Source: an uncultured Christensenella sp. (lineage in GTDB: Bacteria; Bacillota; Clostridia; Christensenellales; Borkfalkiaceae). Taken from it: a stretch of DNA of 64,000 bases. The position numbers and the translations under genes are program-made. The DNA lies in the NCBI GenBank assembly GCA_910579705.1, contig CAJTUI010000013.1, forward strand, positions 506 to 64,505, read 5' to 3'. The notes under the pieces were generated by a model. That model was not told the DNA's origin. It ran no database searches and worked only from the letters and a program-made list of their open reading frames with translations. Positions 15,270 to 25,237 of the stretch are shown here, one piece after another; positions within the stretch are counted from its first letter, which is position 1; every line of letters begins with the position of its first letter.

Positions 15270-18200
15270 TTATTGTACCGGATTTCCGGAAATGGTTACG
15301 GCATCACCCGATGCGTGGCTGTAAGTAAACGTCCCGTTCGCATTGGTTATCGTAATAAACATTGCGCCGCCCATATCCGCGTAAACATCGTCCAATAACT
15401 TTGTGCCAATAACTTTGTTTCCAAGCAAAGTATATAAAGTTTTTCCGTCACGGATAAACGTCATATCCAATCCGTCGCCGCTATCGCCGATTGCGGTTTT
15501 TTCTTCATCAGTCATCGTATAAATATCATCCCATCCTTGCCAACCTCCGGCGCTCAACGTGTTGTCGGAACCCAGGAATGAAGGATCGGGGTAATACTGA
15601 ACTTTACAGTTGCCGTTTTCATACTGATAGCGCACGCCGAGATGTTTGCCGTCGGCAAACTGATATACGAACCCTTGGTCGCCGCCGTTTGCTTTACTTA
15701 TTTTCATCGTAGCGGATTCTTTTACCGTACCTGCGGGAGCAGCAAACTGAGCGTAACAATCACCGCCCGTTGCCGTAAGCTTGCCTTCGCTTTCGGTCCA
15801 GCTGCCGTTGCAACCGTTAAAAACGGTTAGAATACCCGCGCTTGCAAGAACTGAATCAACGTTGGTGGTAATTTCAAACGGAATTTCATAGCCTGCCTTA
15901 GCGTCTTCCACAAACAACGCAAATTTTACCTTTGCATTCGTATAGTCAAACACTCTCTGTGAAGAATACAGTGTTCCGCCTATGAGCGCATAAACGTATC
16001 CTCCCTTACGGACGAGCGTAAGTTTTACACCATCTTCGCCCGTATAGTCGGCATATAAATTACTGCTTAGCGGATTAGCATTTTCTTCGCCATTACCGAA
16101 ATCCCAGTCGCCGTTTATGTTGGTTACGCCCCAATGCGCCATTCCGCACCATTGCGCCTTTGTAGCAGTGCCTTCGTTAATATTTTCAAAACGAACGATA
16201 ACGGCTTTGCCGTTGCCGAAATCCATTAAAATACCCTGAACTCCGCTGTCTATGCGTTTGAAAATAAACGAAACGGCAACGTCACTGTATTCGTCTATCG
16301 ACCATTCGTAAATTTTGCCTGCCTCGGAAGCTGCTACCTTTTGAGGGTCTGAGTTTGCCGCGCCCTGCAAGTAATTATCATTATGATTAATGGCATTGGT
16401 TTCGAAAACAAGCTTTTTAAGCGTAATACCGTTTTCAATAGTATAATCATCTGCAACGGTTACCGTCGCGGCGTAATATCCCTCGGCTGTTACCGTATAT
16501 TTGCCGGGTAAAAGCGCGCCTTTTATTTTCTTGTCTAAATTCACATTAAGCGTTACGGGCGCGCCGCTTTTGGGAGTAAACACAAGCGACGTTCCCTCGG
16601 CAATCTCTATTTGCGTACCGTCATACTTTTGACCCGAAACGGAAGCCTCTACCTCTTGCGCGGGTTTTTCGATGAAGGTTGCCGTTACCGTGTACTGCTT
16701 TTGCGTAGCAACAAATGTGTAAGTTCCGTCCTGTTGCAGAGCGGCAGTAACGCCGCCCGAAACCGTAAGCGCGCCGAGGATATGCGTATCGTCCGGCTCA
16801 ACCGTAATCGTAACCGTATCGCCCAGCTTTACGTTCTGCGGAGTAATGGTAACTGTTCCGCCGGCATTTGCCGGCGTACCGTTGGTAACGGTAACGTCGG
16901 GAATTTCAGTGCTGACCGTAAATTTCCAACTCTTATTGATCTCATTTTCGTCCTTTGTCATATTATGTCCGACAAAGCCGACCGAGCATTTATCGCCGCT
17001 CAGCGTATCCGCAAACGAACCGCTTCCGATATAATCGTCGTTGAGATAAACGAATATACGGTTTCCTTTTCTTAATACGGTAAGTCTGAGTTCGCCTTTG
17101 TCAAATGCGCTGAGATATGCCGCGCCGCCTTCGCTGCTGAAAGAATACAGGTCGGCACTTTCCGTGCTTCCGTCTATATTTCCGCCGCTCCAAGAATCTG
17201 CTATCCAAGTATTGAGTATTCCCAATTTTTCTTTGCCGACCATACGCACGGTTATGACTTGCTTGCCGAACGCTATCGCTATGCCCTGCTCTATGTTGTC
17301 CTGCCAAGGCTGATTTCCGTTCAAATACATTGTTACGGCAACGTCGTCAAACGTTTCTTTGGACAGAATAAGGAAACAGTCGTTACCAATACCGAATTCT
17401 CCCGTTTCGGCGTTTGCCTTATTAAAATCGAACTGCCCCCAATTAACGGTAGTGTCGAACGCATCGCGTTCCAAAATTATTTCGGCGTTGTATTCACTAT
17501 TTTCAAGCACGGTAATTGTTTTGGGTAAGTAACCTTCTACGTTGACCGTCCATACGCCTGCGGGAATAGAAGCGACCGCAAGCCCGTTTGCGCTAACAGT
17601 TTGAGTTACATCATTCAAGCCGTTTGCGGTCAGCTTTACCTGCATACCCGTCAGCGTCGTTTTTTTACCGAACGACAGTCCTTTTATCCCGGCATTAATC
17701 GAACCGGGAACAATTTGAGTAAACTCGGCTTTAACTTCCGTGTCTTTGCCTATTACAAAGCTGTAAGTACTGCCGTTTAAGCGACCTGTCACGTCCTCGC
17801 CGTTGACCGTAAGTTTTGAAATTTTGTAACCGTCGGAAGGACTTAACGTAAGCGTTACCGTTTCGCCGAATTCCGCCTTGTCTTCGGTCGTTCCCGTAAC
17901 CGTCAAAATGCCGTTAGCGTTGATCGCCGTGGTGTCCGTTACGGTAAATTCGGGAATTTCGTCCTCTACCTTAAAGCTCCAATATTTCCACGTTTTATAC
18001 ATCTCGTGTCCTACGAAACCAACCGAGCAACGTTCGGCATCGTACTTTTCAGCAAACGAACTGCTGCCGATATAATTATCGTTAAGGTAAACTAATATCT
18101 TATGTCCTTTTCTCAATACGGTAAGTCTGAGTTCGCCCTTGTCAAAGGCTTCAAGATATGTCGCGCCGCCTTCGCTGCTGAAATAATACAAATCGGCATT

Positions 18201-21167
18201 TTCAGAGCTTCCATCTATTGCGTTGCCTCCCCAATTGTCCGCTATCCACGTGTTCCAAATAGCCAACTTTTCTTTGCCGACCATACGCACGGTTATGACT
18301 TGCTTGCCGAATGCAAGCGCAATGCCCTGCTGACCTTTAACATTGTCGGTCGGTTTGCCGTTAAGATACATAGTAAACGCGACTTTGTCGAACGTTTCTT
18401 TAGACAGGACAAGGAAATTATCGCTGTCCGTTCCGAATTCGCCAAGCTCATCGTTGGCTTTTTCGAAGTTGTAATTGTTCCAATTTACTGTGGTATCGAA
18501 CGCGTCCCTCTCCAATACTATCGCGTTGCAATATTCGTCGCCATCTGTTACGGTAATTTCAGCATTCAAATAGCCTTCTACCTTAACCGTCCAAACACCG
18601 GCCGAAAGTCTGTCGATTTCAAGCCCGTTAGCCGTAATTGATTTAACGATATCCTCTAAACCGTTTTGGGAAAGAGTTATCTGCGTGCCTACGGACAAAG
18701 CTGCAACTTTACCGAACAATTTGCCGCTTACAACCGCCTTTACGGAACTGTAAACTATTTCTTCAAAGCGGGCTTCAACCGTCGTGTTGGCTTTTACTGT
18801 GAAAGTATATTGATTGTTTTCAAGGTTGTTTAATATGTTTACGCCATTAATGAGCAATGCGGAAATTCTATAGTCCGTATCGGGAGTTACGGTAAGAGTT
18901 ATGCTCGTGCCGAAATCCTGCTCGCCCGTAGGTATACCCGTAACCGAACCGTGCGCGCCTGTCGCCGTATTATTTGTTACGGTGAACTTCTGAATTTCGG
19001 GCAGATTTTCGGTTTCTACGGTAAAGTTCCAATATTTCATCGCCGTAGCCATATTGTGTCCAACGAAGCCTATGGAACATTTTTCGGCGCTATACTTTCC
19101 GTCCACCGTTGCGCGCCCGACCATCGTTCCGTTCAGATAAACGATTATTTCGTTATCCTTTCTGTATAAAGTAAGCGCAAGCTCACCCTTCTCAAAATCA
19201 CTGATATACTTACCGTTCGCGTCGAACATATACATTTCGCCGTTCTCCTGCGAACTTGTAAGCGCATTGCCGCCGTGCCCCCAATCGTTTTGTGTTGCTA
19301 TCCAGGTATTCCAGAGCGCAAGTTTTTCTTTGCCGACCATACGCACGGTAAGCACGTCCGTGCCGCCGAAAGCAATGGCTATACCCTGTTCCAAATTATC
19401 TTTCCAGGTCTGCGTACCGTTCAGATACATAGTTACCGCAACGTTATTGTAGAGTTCGTTGGACAAGATAAGGAAGCAATCGTTTGAAGCGCCGAATTTA
19501 CCCGTTGCTTCGTTTGCCTTATCAAATTCAAACCCGCCCCAATTAACCGTGGTGTTAAACGGATTGCGTTCGAGTATGATTGCCGAGTTGTACGCCGCTC
19601 CGTCCGCAACGGTAATTTCAACGGGCAGATAGCCGTCTATGTCGACGGTCCAGTCTCCTGCGGAAATTCTGTCTATTTTAAGTCCGTTTGCGGTAAGCTG
19701 CGTATTTATATCGTCAAAGCCGTTCGAAGTCAACCTTACCTGAGTTTCAGCGGGTAGCGCCGACGTCTTGCCGAAAATTTTACCGCTTACGGCTGCGTTT
19801 ACCGAACCGTACGTTATAGCGGTAAATTGCGCCTCTACCGTCGTATCTTTAGTTACGACAAAGCTATACGAATTGCCGTGCAAATCTTTTATTACGTTTA
19901 CGCCGTTGATAAGCAACGCCGAAAGTTTATAATCGGTTTCTGGGGTTACCGTAAGCGTTACTTTGTCGCCGAAATTGACGCTCTGAGGTATGCCCGCAAC
20001 CGAACCGTGCGCGTCGGTCGCCGTATTGTCCGTAACCGTTACCGCTTTATTGCCGCTGTCAACGGTGAAATTCCAGTGTTTCCAAGAAATATCGTCAACG
20101 GCGTTATGCGCTATTACGCCTATGGAACACGGAACGTCTTTATATTTTTCGTCAACGCTTCCCTCGCCGACAAACTCACCGTTAAGGAATACGGAAATTT
20201 TGTTTTCCTTTCTATGCACCGTAAGAGCAAGTTTATTTTCGTCGAAGTCTTTTAAATACTGCTCGCCGTTTTTAAAGGCGTACAGTTCCTTTTCTTGCGA
20301 GCTTGTCAATGCGTTACCGCCTTTCCACTCTCCCGCAAGCCAAGTATTCCACAACGCAAGTTTATTTTTGCCGACCATACGGATAGACAGAACATCCTTG
20401 CCGAATGCTATTGCAATACCCTGTTCGATGGTATTGCCGTCGTCACCGACAAGGGATAACCCCTGTTTTACGCCGCCGCCAGGTCTTTTAAATCCGTTAA
20501 GATTCAGCGTGAACGCAACTTCGTCGTAGCTGTCCTTAGTCAGCACCATAAAATGACGGTTAGTTACGCTTATTTCGCCCGTTTCATCGTTTGCTTTACT
20601 TAAATTGTACTTTCCCCAATTTATAGTGGTATCGAACGAATTGCGTTGTAATACCATACCTCTGCTGCCGCCTATTTCAATGTCTTCGTTCTCTTCCACC
20701 AAAACGGAAACCACGTAAGGCTGATAGTCGGGTTTAGAAACCGTTAAGGTATGAATTTTACCCGCTTCAACGTTTTCAACGCTGAATTCGCCCGTTTCGG
20801 TATTGAAATCGGGGTCAACGTCGTCGCCCATATCTACGGTAACGTCGCTGAAATCGTTTTCGTATTTACCGCCGAGCCCGCGCAGTTTTACCTGCCCGTG
20901 AGCTTTACCGTATTTCTTTTCTGCAACGCTATCCGTTGCGCCGCAGTCGCATTCGCCCGCAATAAACAGGTGTTCTCCGCGCGTACCCTCTTCTTCTTCG
21001 CCGCACTCGCATACCTTCCAATGCTCGTTGTCGTCCCATTTCCAGTCATAAGAGTGCGTATGTTCTTTATCGCATGCGGATATAACGCCCGCCGTAGCAC
21101 AAGTCAACGATAATACCGCTAAAAAAACAGTAATCTTTTTAAGCCTTTTGCTTGATTTCTTACTCAT
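15270..21167 (-). CDS. Giant modular cell-surface lipoprotein (1965 aa): repeated carboxypeptidase-regulatory-like + LamG/ConA-like + InlB-B-repeat-like modules
   Basis: Lipobox VISAC. His/Cys-rich motif HTHSYDWKWDDNEHWKVCECGEEEEGTRGEHLFIAGECDCG. Four tandem ~350-aa modules plus two divergent LamG-like C-terminal modules. Confidence 0.85.
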   Translation of the reverse strand: MSKKSSKRLKKITVFLAVLSLTCATAGVISACDKEHTHSYDWKWDDNEHWKVCECGEEEEGTRGEHLFIAGECDCGATDSVAEKKYGKAHGQVKLRGLGGKYENDFSDVTVDMGDDVDPDFNTETGEFSVENVEAGKIHTLTVSKPDYQPYVVSVLVEENEDIEIGGSRGMVLQRNSFDTTINWGKYNLSKANDETGEISVTNRHFMVLTKDSYDEVAFTLNLNGFKRPGGGVKQGLSLVGDDGNTIEQGIAIAFGKDVLSIRMVGKNKLALWNTWLAGEWKGGNALTSSQEKELYAFKNGEQYLKDFDENKLALTVHRKENKISVFLNGEFVGEGSVDEKYKDVPCSIGVIAHNAVDDISWKHWNFTVDSGNKAVTVTDNTATDAHGSVAGIPQSVNFGDKVTLTVTPETDYKLSALLINGVNVIKDLHGNSYSFVVTKDTTVEAQFTAITYGSVNAAVSGKIFGKTSALPAETQVRLTSNGFDDINTQLTANGLKIDRISAGDWTVDIDGYLPVEITVADGAAYNSAIILERNPFNTTVNWGGFEFDKANEATGKFGASNDCFLILSNELYNNVAVTMYLNGTQTWKDNLEQGIAIAFGGTDVLTVRMVGKEKLALWNTWIATQNDWGHGGNALTSSQENGEMYMFDANGKYISDFEKGELALTLYRKDNEIIVYLNGTMVGRATVDGKYSAEKCSIGFVGHNMATAMKYWNFTVETENLPEIQKFTVTNNTATGAHGSVTGIPTGEQDFGTSITLTVTPDTDYRISALLINGVNILNNLENNQYTFTVKANTTVEARFEEIVYSSVKAVVSGKLFGKVAALSVGTQITLSQNGLEDIVKSITANGLEIDRLSAGVWTVKVEGYLNAEITVTDGDEYCNAIVLERDAFDTTVNWNNYNFEKANDELGEFGTDSDNFLVLSKETFDKVAFTMYLNGKPTDNVKGQQGIALAFGKQVITVRMVGKEKLAIWNTWIADNWGGNAIDGSSENADLYYFSSEGGATYLEAFDKGELRLTVLRKGHKILVYLNDNYIGSSSFAEKYDAERCSVGFVGHEMYKTWKYWSFKVEDEIPEFTVTDTTAINANGILTVTGTTEDKAEFGETVTLTLSPSDGYKISKLTVNGEDVTGRLNGSTYSFVIGKDTEVKAEFTQIVPGSINAGIKGLSFGKKTTLTGMQVKLTANGLNDVTQTVSANGLAVASIPAGVWTVNVEGYLPKTITVLENSEYNAEIILERDAFDTTVNWGQFDFNKANAETGEFGIGNDCFLILSKETFDDVAVTMYLNGNQPWQDNIEQGIAIAFGKQVITVRMVGKEKLGILNTWIADSWSGGNIDGSTESADLYSFSSEGGAAYLSAFDKGELRLTVLRKGNRIFVYLNDDYIGSGSFADTLSGDKCSVGFVGHNMTKDENEINKSWKFTVSTEIPDVTVTNGTPANAGGTVTITPQNVKLGDTVTITVEPDDTHILGALTVSGGVTAALQQDGTYTFVATQKQYTVTATFIEKPAQEVEASVSGQKYDGTQIEIAEGTSLVFTPKSGAPVTLNVNLDKKIKGALLPGKYTVTAEGYYAATVTVADDYTIENGITLKKLVFETNAINHNDNYLQGAANSDPQKVAASEAGKIYEWSIDEYSDVAVSFIFKRIDSGVQGILMDFGNGKAVIVRFENINEGTATKAQWCGMAHWGVTNINGDWDFGNGEENANPLSSNLYADYTGEDGVKLTLVRKGGYVYALIGGTLYSSQRVFDYTNAKVKFALFVEDAKAGYEIPFEITTNVDSVLASAGILTVFNGCNGSWTESEGKLTATGGDCYAQFAAPAGTVKESATMKISKANGGDQGFVYQFADGKHLGVRYQYENGNCKVQYYPDPSFLGSDNTLSAGGWQGWDDIYTMTDEEKTAIGDSGDGLDMTFIRDGKTLYTLLGNKVIGTKLLDDVYADMGGAMFITITNANGTFTYSHASGDAVTISGNPVQ
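16670..20905 (-). repeat. Four tandem ~1.05-kb coding repeats inside the giant lipoprotein gene
   Basis: Landmark F(D/N)TT(I/V)NW at aa 178, 537, 890 and 1237. Recurring AFG...(I/V)RMVGK.KL and VTVTDNTA... blocks. Identical 44-nt string at 17227-17270 and 18268-18311. Confidence 0.85.
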
Positions 21168-21201
21168 TTCTGCTCCTTATCTTTAATTTTTTCTCACCAA
21201 C

Positions 21202-22275
21202 TTAATTGAACTCGATTTCAATTTCGATATCTTCCGTCGGATTGTTTACGGTAAACGTTGCTCTTGCTCCGTTATAGTTCAAATCATCCAGATAGCTTAC
21301 GCCGTTTACGGTAAGCTTCGTTATATCCGCGCCGTTTATGGCGTCTATTTCAAAGGTGGCGTCCGCTTGCTGCAATATGCAGGGCATCCCGTTCTGTTCC
21401 TTAATCGTACCTTTGCCCGTACCGCCGTAAGTTACGGTATAGTCGTAGGACAAAAGCCCTTTTTCGCCGAAATGGAAATAAGTGTGAGGCGTAAGCCAAT
21501 CGCCCGCAATGCCGTAATTAGGCGCCCAATTAGACCATAAGCGGTCAACCTTATCTAACTCTCCTTCATAACTGAAAGAGAAGATATGGACGGGATTGAT
21601 GCCTATCACCATTTCCGACTTGTCTTCTGGAATCTCCCATCCGGCAAATTCAAGAAACGCATAAGGGAAGAACGCTTCAACCACGTAACCTGTGCATTCG
21701 GGAGTATTCACTTCGCCGCCTATCGTCTGCGTTGCGACAACGGGTAATTTGTCGTAAGAAGTAAGTATTTCCACAAGCCCCGCTTGGTTTACGCGCGATA
21801 CGTATTGCCCGTCCGCAACAAAACTGAATTCAAAGGTTTGACCGGACGCCGCATTTTTGTCCTCTAATACAGGACCGAAATACATATCTACCGCACTGTT
21901 TACGTGTCCGCCGTCGCGCCCTGCGGAATGATTTACCCATATACGGTTTCCCGTTTCCTCTACTTTAAGTCCGAAAAATATCCCCTTTTCGCCGTAAAAC
22001 GCCGTACACGCAATTTCCGCATACTGTTCTGCATTTGCGTTCGGTCTATCCACGCCGTACAGCCACCGCTGTTCTTTTGAAGTCCAACGTTCTTCGTCAA
22101 GTTTTCCGTCGATTGTCATACCTGCGTCGTATTCGGCAACGGGGCGACCCTTATTTACAAAAGTATAGGGGTTGGGGTCTTCGATAATATTTACCTTTTC
22201 GGCACAGCCCGCTAAACTTGCCGCAAGAATCGCAACCGTACATAGCGCAAGCGTTGCTTTCATAATTTTTTTCAT
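21202..22275 (-). CDS. Lipoprotein with CBM9/DOMON-like carbohydrate-binding domain and C-terminal InlB-B-repeat-like domain
   Basis: 357 aa. Lipobox LAGC. MTIDGKLDEERW is the motif typical of family-9-like binding domains. Confidence 0.6.
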   Translation of the reverse strand: MKKIMKATLALCTVAILAASLAGCAEKVNIIEDPNPYTFVNKGRPVAEYDAGMTIDGKLDEERWTSKEQRWLYGVDRPNANAEQYAEIACTAFYGEKGIFFGLKVEETGNRIWVNHSAGRDGGHVNSAVDMYFGPVLEDKNAASGQTFEFSFVADGQYVSRVNQAGLVEILTSYDKLPVVATQTIGGEVNTPECTGYVVEAFFPYAFLEFAGWEIPEDKSEMVIGINPVHIFSFSYEGELDKVDRLWSNWAPNYGIAGDWLTPHTYFHFGEKGLLSYDYTVTYGGTGKGTIKEQNGMPCILQQADATFEIDAINGADITKLTVNGVSYLDDLNYNGARATFTVNNPTEDIEIEIEFN

Positions 22276-22289
22276 TTATCTTTTCCTCC

Positions 22290-24242
22290 TTACGCCTTGC
22301 CTAAAATTTTTATTTCGGAAATTCCCGCGCGTTCCTGACCTACGGGAACTTCTACGGTAATTTTAACCGACTTAACGTTCACGTCGTAGAACTCCGCAAA
22401 TGCCGCCGAGCCCGACATCACGTATTTAACGATATTTCCGTATTCGCCGCCCATAGTGCAGTATTGCTCTACATCGAATTTAACGTCTCTGATAACGCGT
22501 ACGGAGCCGTCCGCAAAAGTGAACTCCATACGGGGTATATTCAGGAAAACAGACTTCTCAAACGCCGAATTGTAAACCATTACCGCGCGGATACTCGTAT
22601 CCTCGGCAAAATCGAAAGTAAAAGTCGATGTTTTGCTTATATACGTTTCCTGCACGTAATCCATAAATTCTTCGTCGGCAACCTTATGAACCGATAAAAG
22701 TCCGTCGTTTAACCATTTGAGATCCGCTGCTTCGTCGGTACAGGTAACCGTAGCTTTATCCGCAACATTTTTGTAGCCGCTGTATGCTTCGGGCAACGGC
22801 TGCATACTATCCGTCGGTCCGTTTACGTAAGGTACTTCCATTTCGCCGTCCTCGCCGTCTACCGTGATGAACCTGACCTCGTCGACCGCGGTATATCTCG
22901 CATCGCCGCCTTCGATGTAATCTTTATGCCTGTGATACGCAATATAAAGCTGGTCGCCGAAGGTTATAAACGAGTGATGTCCCGCTCCGGAAACCGTTTC
23001 CGATTCCGTTGTGGACGAACAGAGCAAAAGTCCGCCCTCCGATTCAGTAAGTTTACGGAACGGCCCTTCGGGTTTATCCGCAACCGCCATACCTACCTGA
23101 TAATCGCTCGTTGAATAGTCATTGCAAGAGAACGTGAAAAAGTATCTGTCGTCGCCGTTTTTATCCTTGTGGTATAACATAAACCCGCCTTCGTTGCAGG
23201 CTGTATTTTCATAAGAAACGCCTTGATTGATACCGTTTTCCCAATCGGATATAGTGTAATAACCGTTAGCTATCACGTAATGAGCATTATCCCAATTCGG
23301 CGTAAGCCAATCGGTCATTTCAACTACTACGTTTATATTCCACGCGCCCGCGCCCGTTTTAGGCTCGGTTTTGAAATACAAGTATTTTTTATTTGATACA
23401 GGGTCAACGAAAGGCGACGGGTCTATCGTTCCTATGTAGCCCGCCTGCGGCACCGTGTTCGAAGCGCCGCCGTTTCCTACTTTGTTTTTTTGAACGAGCT
23501 TTGAAAGTTCGTCAGGAGCAAACAGACAGTACTTAGCCCATTTCTGCGGGAACGCCGCCTCATAATATTTTTCTTCCGCGGTAACGTACGCATATTCGCC
23601 GCTTTGCGCTTGGTCTTCGGTAAGCTCTCTGCCGGCAACGGTGTTTAAAGTCCGCGAATCCGAAAAATCAACCATCATAAAGGGACCTTCGGGGCTTTTA
23701 GAAGTAGCAACGTACATATTGTACATACAATCGTTGCTCACTACTCCGTTTTGCTTATCGTCCACGGTGTTCCAATCTTTATTATCGTAATCGGGCGTAG
23801 AGCTGAAAAACAGATAATACAATCCTTTACCGCCATCGCCGTCGTCCGCATCCTTGTCGTAAATGACTTCGGGTGCCCAGCTGTTGTCGTCAGTTGACTT
23901 GATTACGTCCTCGCCCTGTTTGTCTCTCGGAAAAGTCGGACCTACGTGTTCCCATTCCGCAAGATTTTCCGAACGCATAGCAGCAAAGTTTCCCGACGTG
24001 CCGTAGAGATAATATTTGCCGCTTTGTTCGGTATCGTCAAGAACTTGCGGATCGGGATAACCCTGCTGAACGGCGTTACTGTAAAACAGCGAAGTGTTAT
24101 ATACGATATTGCCGTCAGCGTCTTTTTTCTCGCCCTTATATGCAGACAGCGCGTATTCGTCAACTTTACCGCAAGCGGTAAAGGACAATGCAGACACCGC
24201 AACTACGCATAATGCAAGCATTAACGAAAATTTCTTTTTCAT
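22290..24242 (-). CDS. GH43 family glycoside hydrolase lipoprotein with C-terminal discoidin/CBM32-like domain
   Basis: 650 aa. Lipobox FTAC. Motifs YPDPQV, NSWAPEVIYD. C-terminal ...AGISEIKILGKA. Confidence 0.75.
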   Translation of the reverse strand: MKKKFSLMLALCVVAVSALSFTACGKVDEYALSAYKGEKKDADGNIVYNTSLFYSNAVQQGYPDPQVLDDTEQSGKYYLYGTSGNFAAMRSENLAEWEHVGPTFPRDKQGEDVIKSTDDNSWAPEVIYDKDADDGDGGKGLYYLFFSSTPDYDNKDWNTVDDKQNGVVSNDCMYNMYVATSKSPEGPFMMVDFSDSRTLNTVAGRELTEDQAQSGEYAYVTAEEKYYEAAFPQKWAKYCLFAPDELSKLVQKNKVGNGGASNTVPQAGYIGTIDPSPFVDPVSNKKYLYFKTEPKTGAGAWNINVVVEMTDWLTPNWDNAHYVIANGYYTISDWENGINQGVSYENTACNEGGFMLYHKDKNGDDRYFFTFSCNDYSTSDYQVGMAVADKPEGPFRKLTESEGGLLLCSSTTESETVSGAGHHSFITFGDQLYIAYHRHKDYIEGGDARYTAVDEVRFITVDGEDGEMEVPYVNGPTDSMQPLPEAYSGYKNVADKATVTCTDEAADLKWLNDGLLSVHKVADEEFMDYVQETYISKTSTFTFDFAEDTSIRAVMVYNSAFEKSVFLNIPRMEFTFADGSVRVIRDVKFDVEQYCTMGGEYGNIVKYVMSGSAAFAEFYDVNVKSVKITVEVPVGQERAGISEIKILGKA

Positions 24243-24253
24243 CGTTTTTCTCC

Positions 24254-25234
24254 TTATCTATTTTTATTTACAATTACACATCCCGCTTCTGCCAAAGCGT
24301 TGGTGAAAATGTCATAACTTTCTGTTTTCGGATGAAGTTTATCTTCACGCAAATCCGATTCGTTTATTTTAGAACAAACGTCAATGCTATTTATCCAATC
24401 AAATTTCCCACACCAATCAGCCATATAGCCGTTAGTTTCAGTTACGCGCGACGACGAAGAAATAAAATCCGAATTCGTGCTTTGAATTATATTGAACCAA
24501 TAAATATTGCTTGCGGGATAACTTGAATGCAAAAACATAAATAAGCGCGTCAAACTGTCTATCGTGTCTTCCGCCATATATCGTCCGTTATAGAAATTAT
24601 TTACGCCTAAATTCAGGACTATGTTTTTCGGTGCGGTTGCGCCCATTATTTTTCGGTAAGCCGCTTCCCATTGATAAGAAGTAGTTCCGCCTATTCCAGC
24701 GCATATAATTTCTTTATCCTGAGCGTACGTCTGCATATAATCGCCGATAAACCATTCATCAATAAAGCTGTCGCCGATAAAAAGCGTAGTATCTTTGGTA
24801 ACGGCTTTACATTGTTCGATGCGCGAAGCTATCGCCGACTCGTATTCGGACGTATTGTAAATCTGCCCTTCAAAGCGCAAATATTTTATTTCAACGCCGA
24901 ATACAACGTTGAAATTTTCGCTTTTCGCCCGAACATTTACTCTCTTGTCCGCACGTTTTAACGGCGTTACTACGCCGTTCTCTATTTTAATATCGCCCGT
25001 ATCGTAAGTATAGGCAAGCTGTTCGGCTTTATCGGGTTTGGAAAAAATGGGTTCTATTTCCGCAAATGTGTACGCTTTACTTTCGGTTATATACACCGTA
25101 GGGTCTTCGATGGTAAGCGTTCCGTAATCATCGTTATTTTCACCGCCGCCCGGGTTATCCGTGCAACCGGCAAACGCCGCCGATAACGCAAGAGTTAATC
25201 CGATAGCTATAAGAGCCTTGAATTTCAGTTTCAT
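24254..25234 (-). CDS. SGNH/GDSL-type esterase lipoprotein (probable glycan O-acetyl esterase) with N-terminal Ig-like domain
   Basis: 326 aa. Lipobox FAGC. SGNH blocks LFIGDSFIDEW, GIGGTT, LGVNN, DKLHP. Confidence 0.75.
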   Translation of the reverse strand: MKLKFKALIAIGLTLALSAAFAGCTDNPGGGENNDDYGTLTIEDPTVYITESKAYTFAEIEPIFSKPDKAEQLAYTYDTGDIKIENGVVTPLKRADKRVNVRAKSENFNVVFGVEIKYLRFEGQIYNTSEYESAIASRIEQCKAVTKDTTLFIGDSFIDEWFIGDYMQTYAQDKEIICAGIGGTTSYQWEAAYRKIMGATAPKNIVLNLGVNNFYNGRYMAEDTIDSLTRLFMFLHSSYPASNIYWFNIIQSTNSDFISSSSRVTETNGYMADWCGKFDWINSIDVCSKINESDLREDKLHPKTESYDIFTNALAEAGCVIVNKNR

Positions 25235-25237
25235 AAA

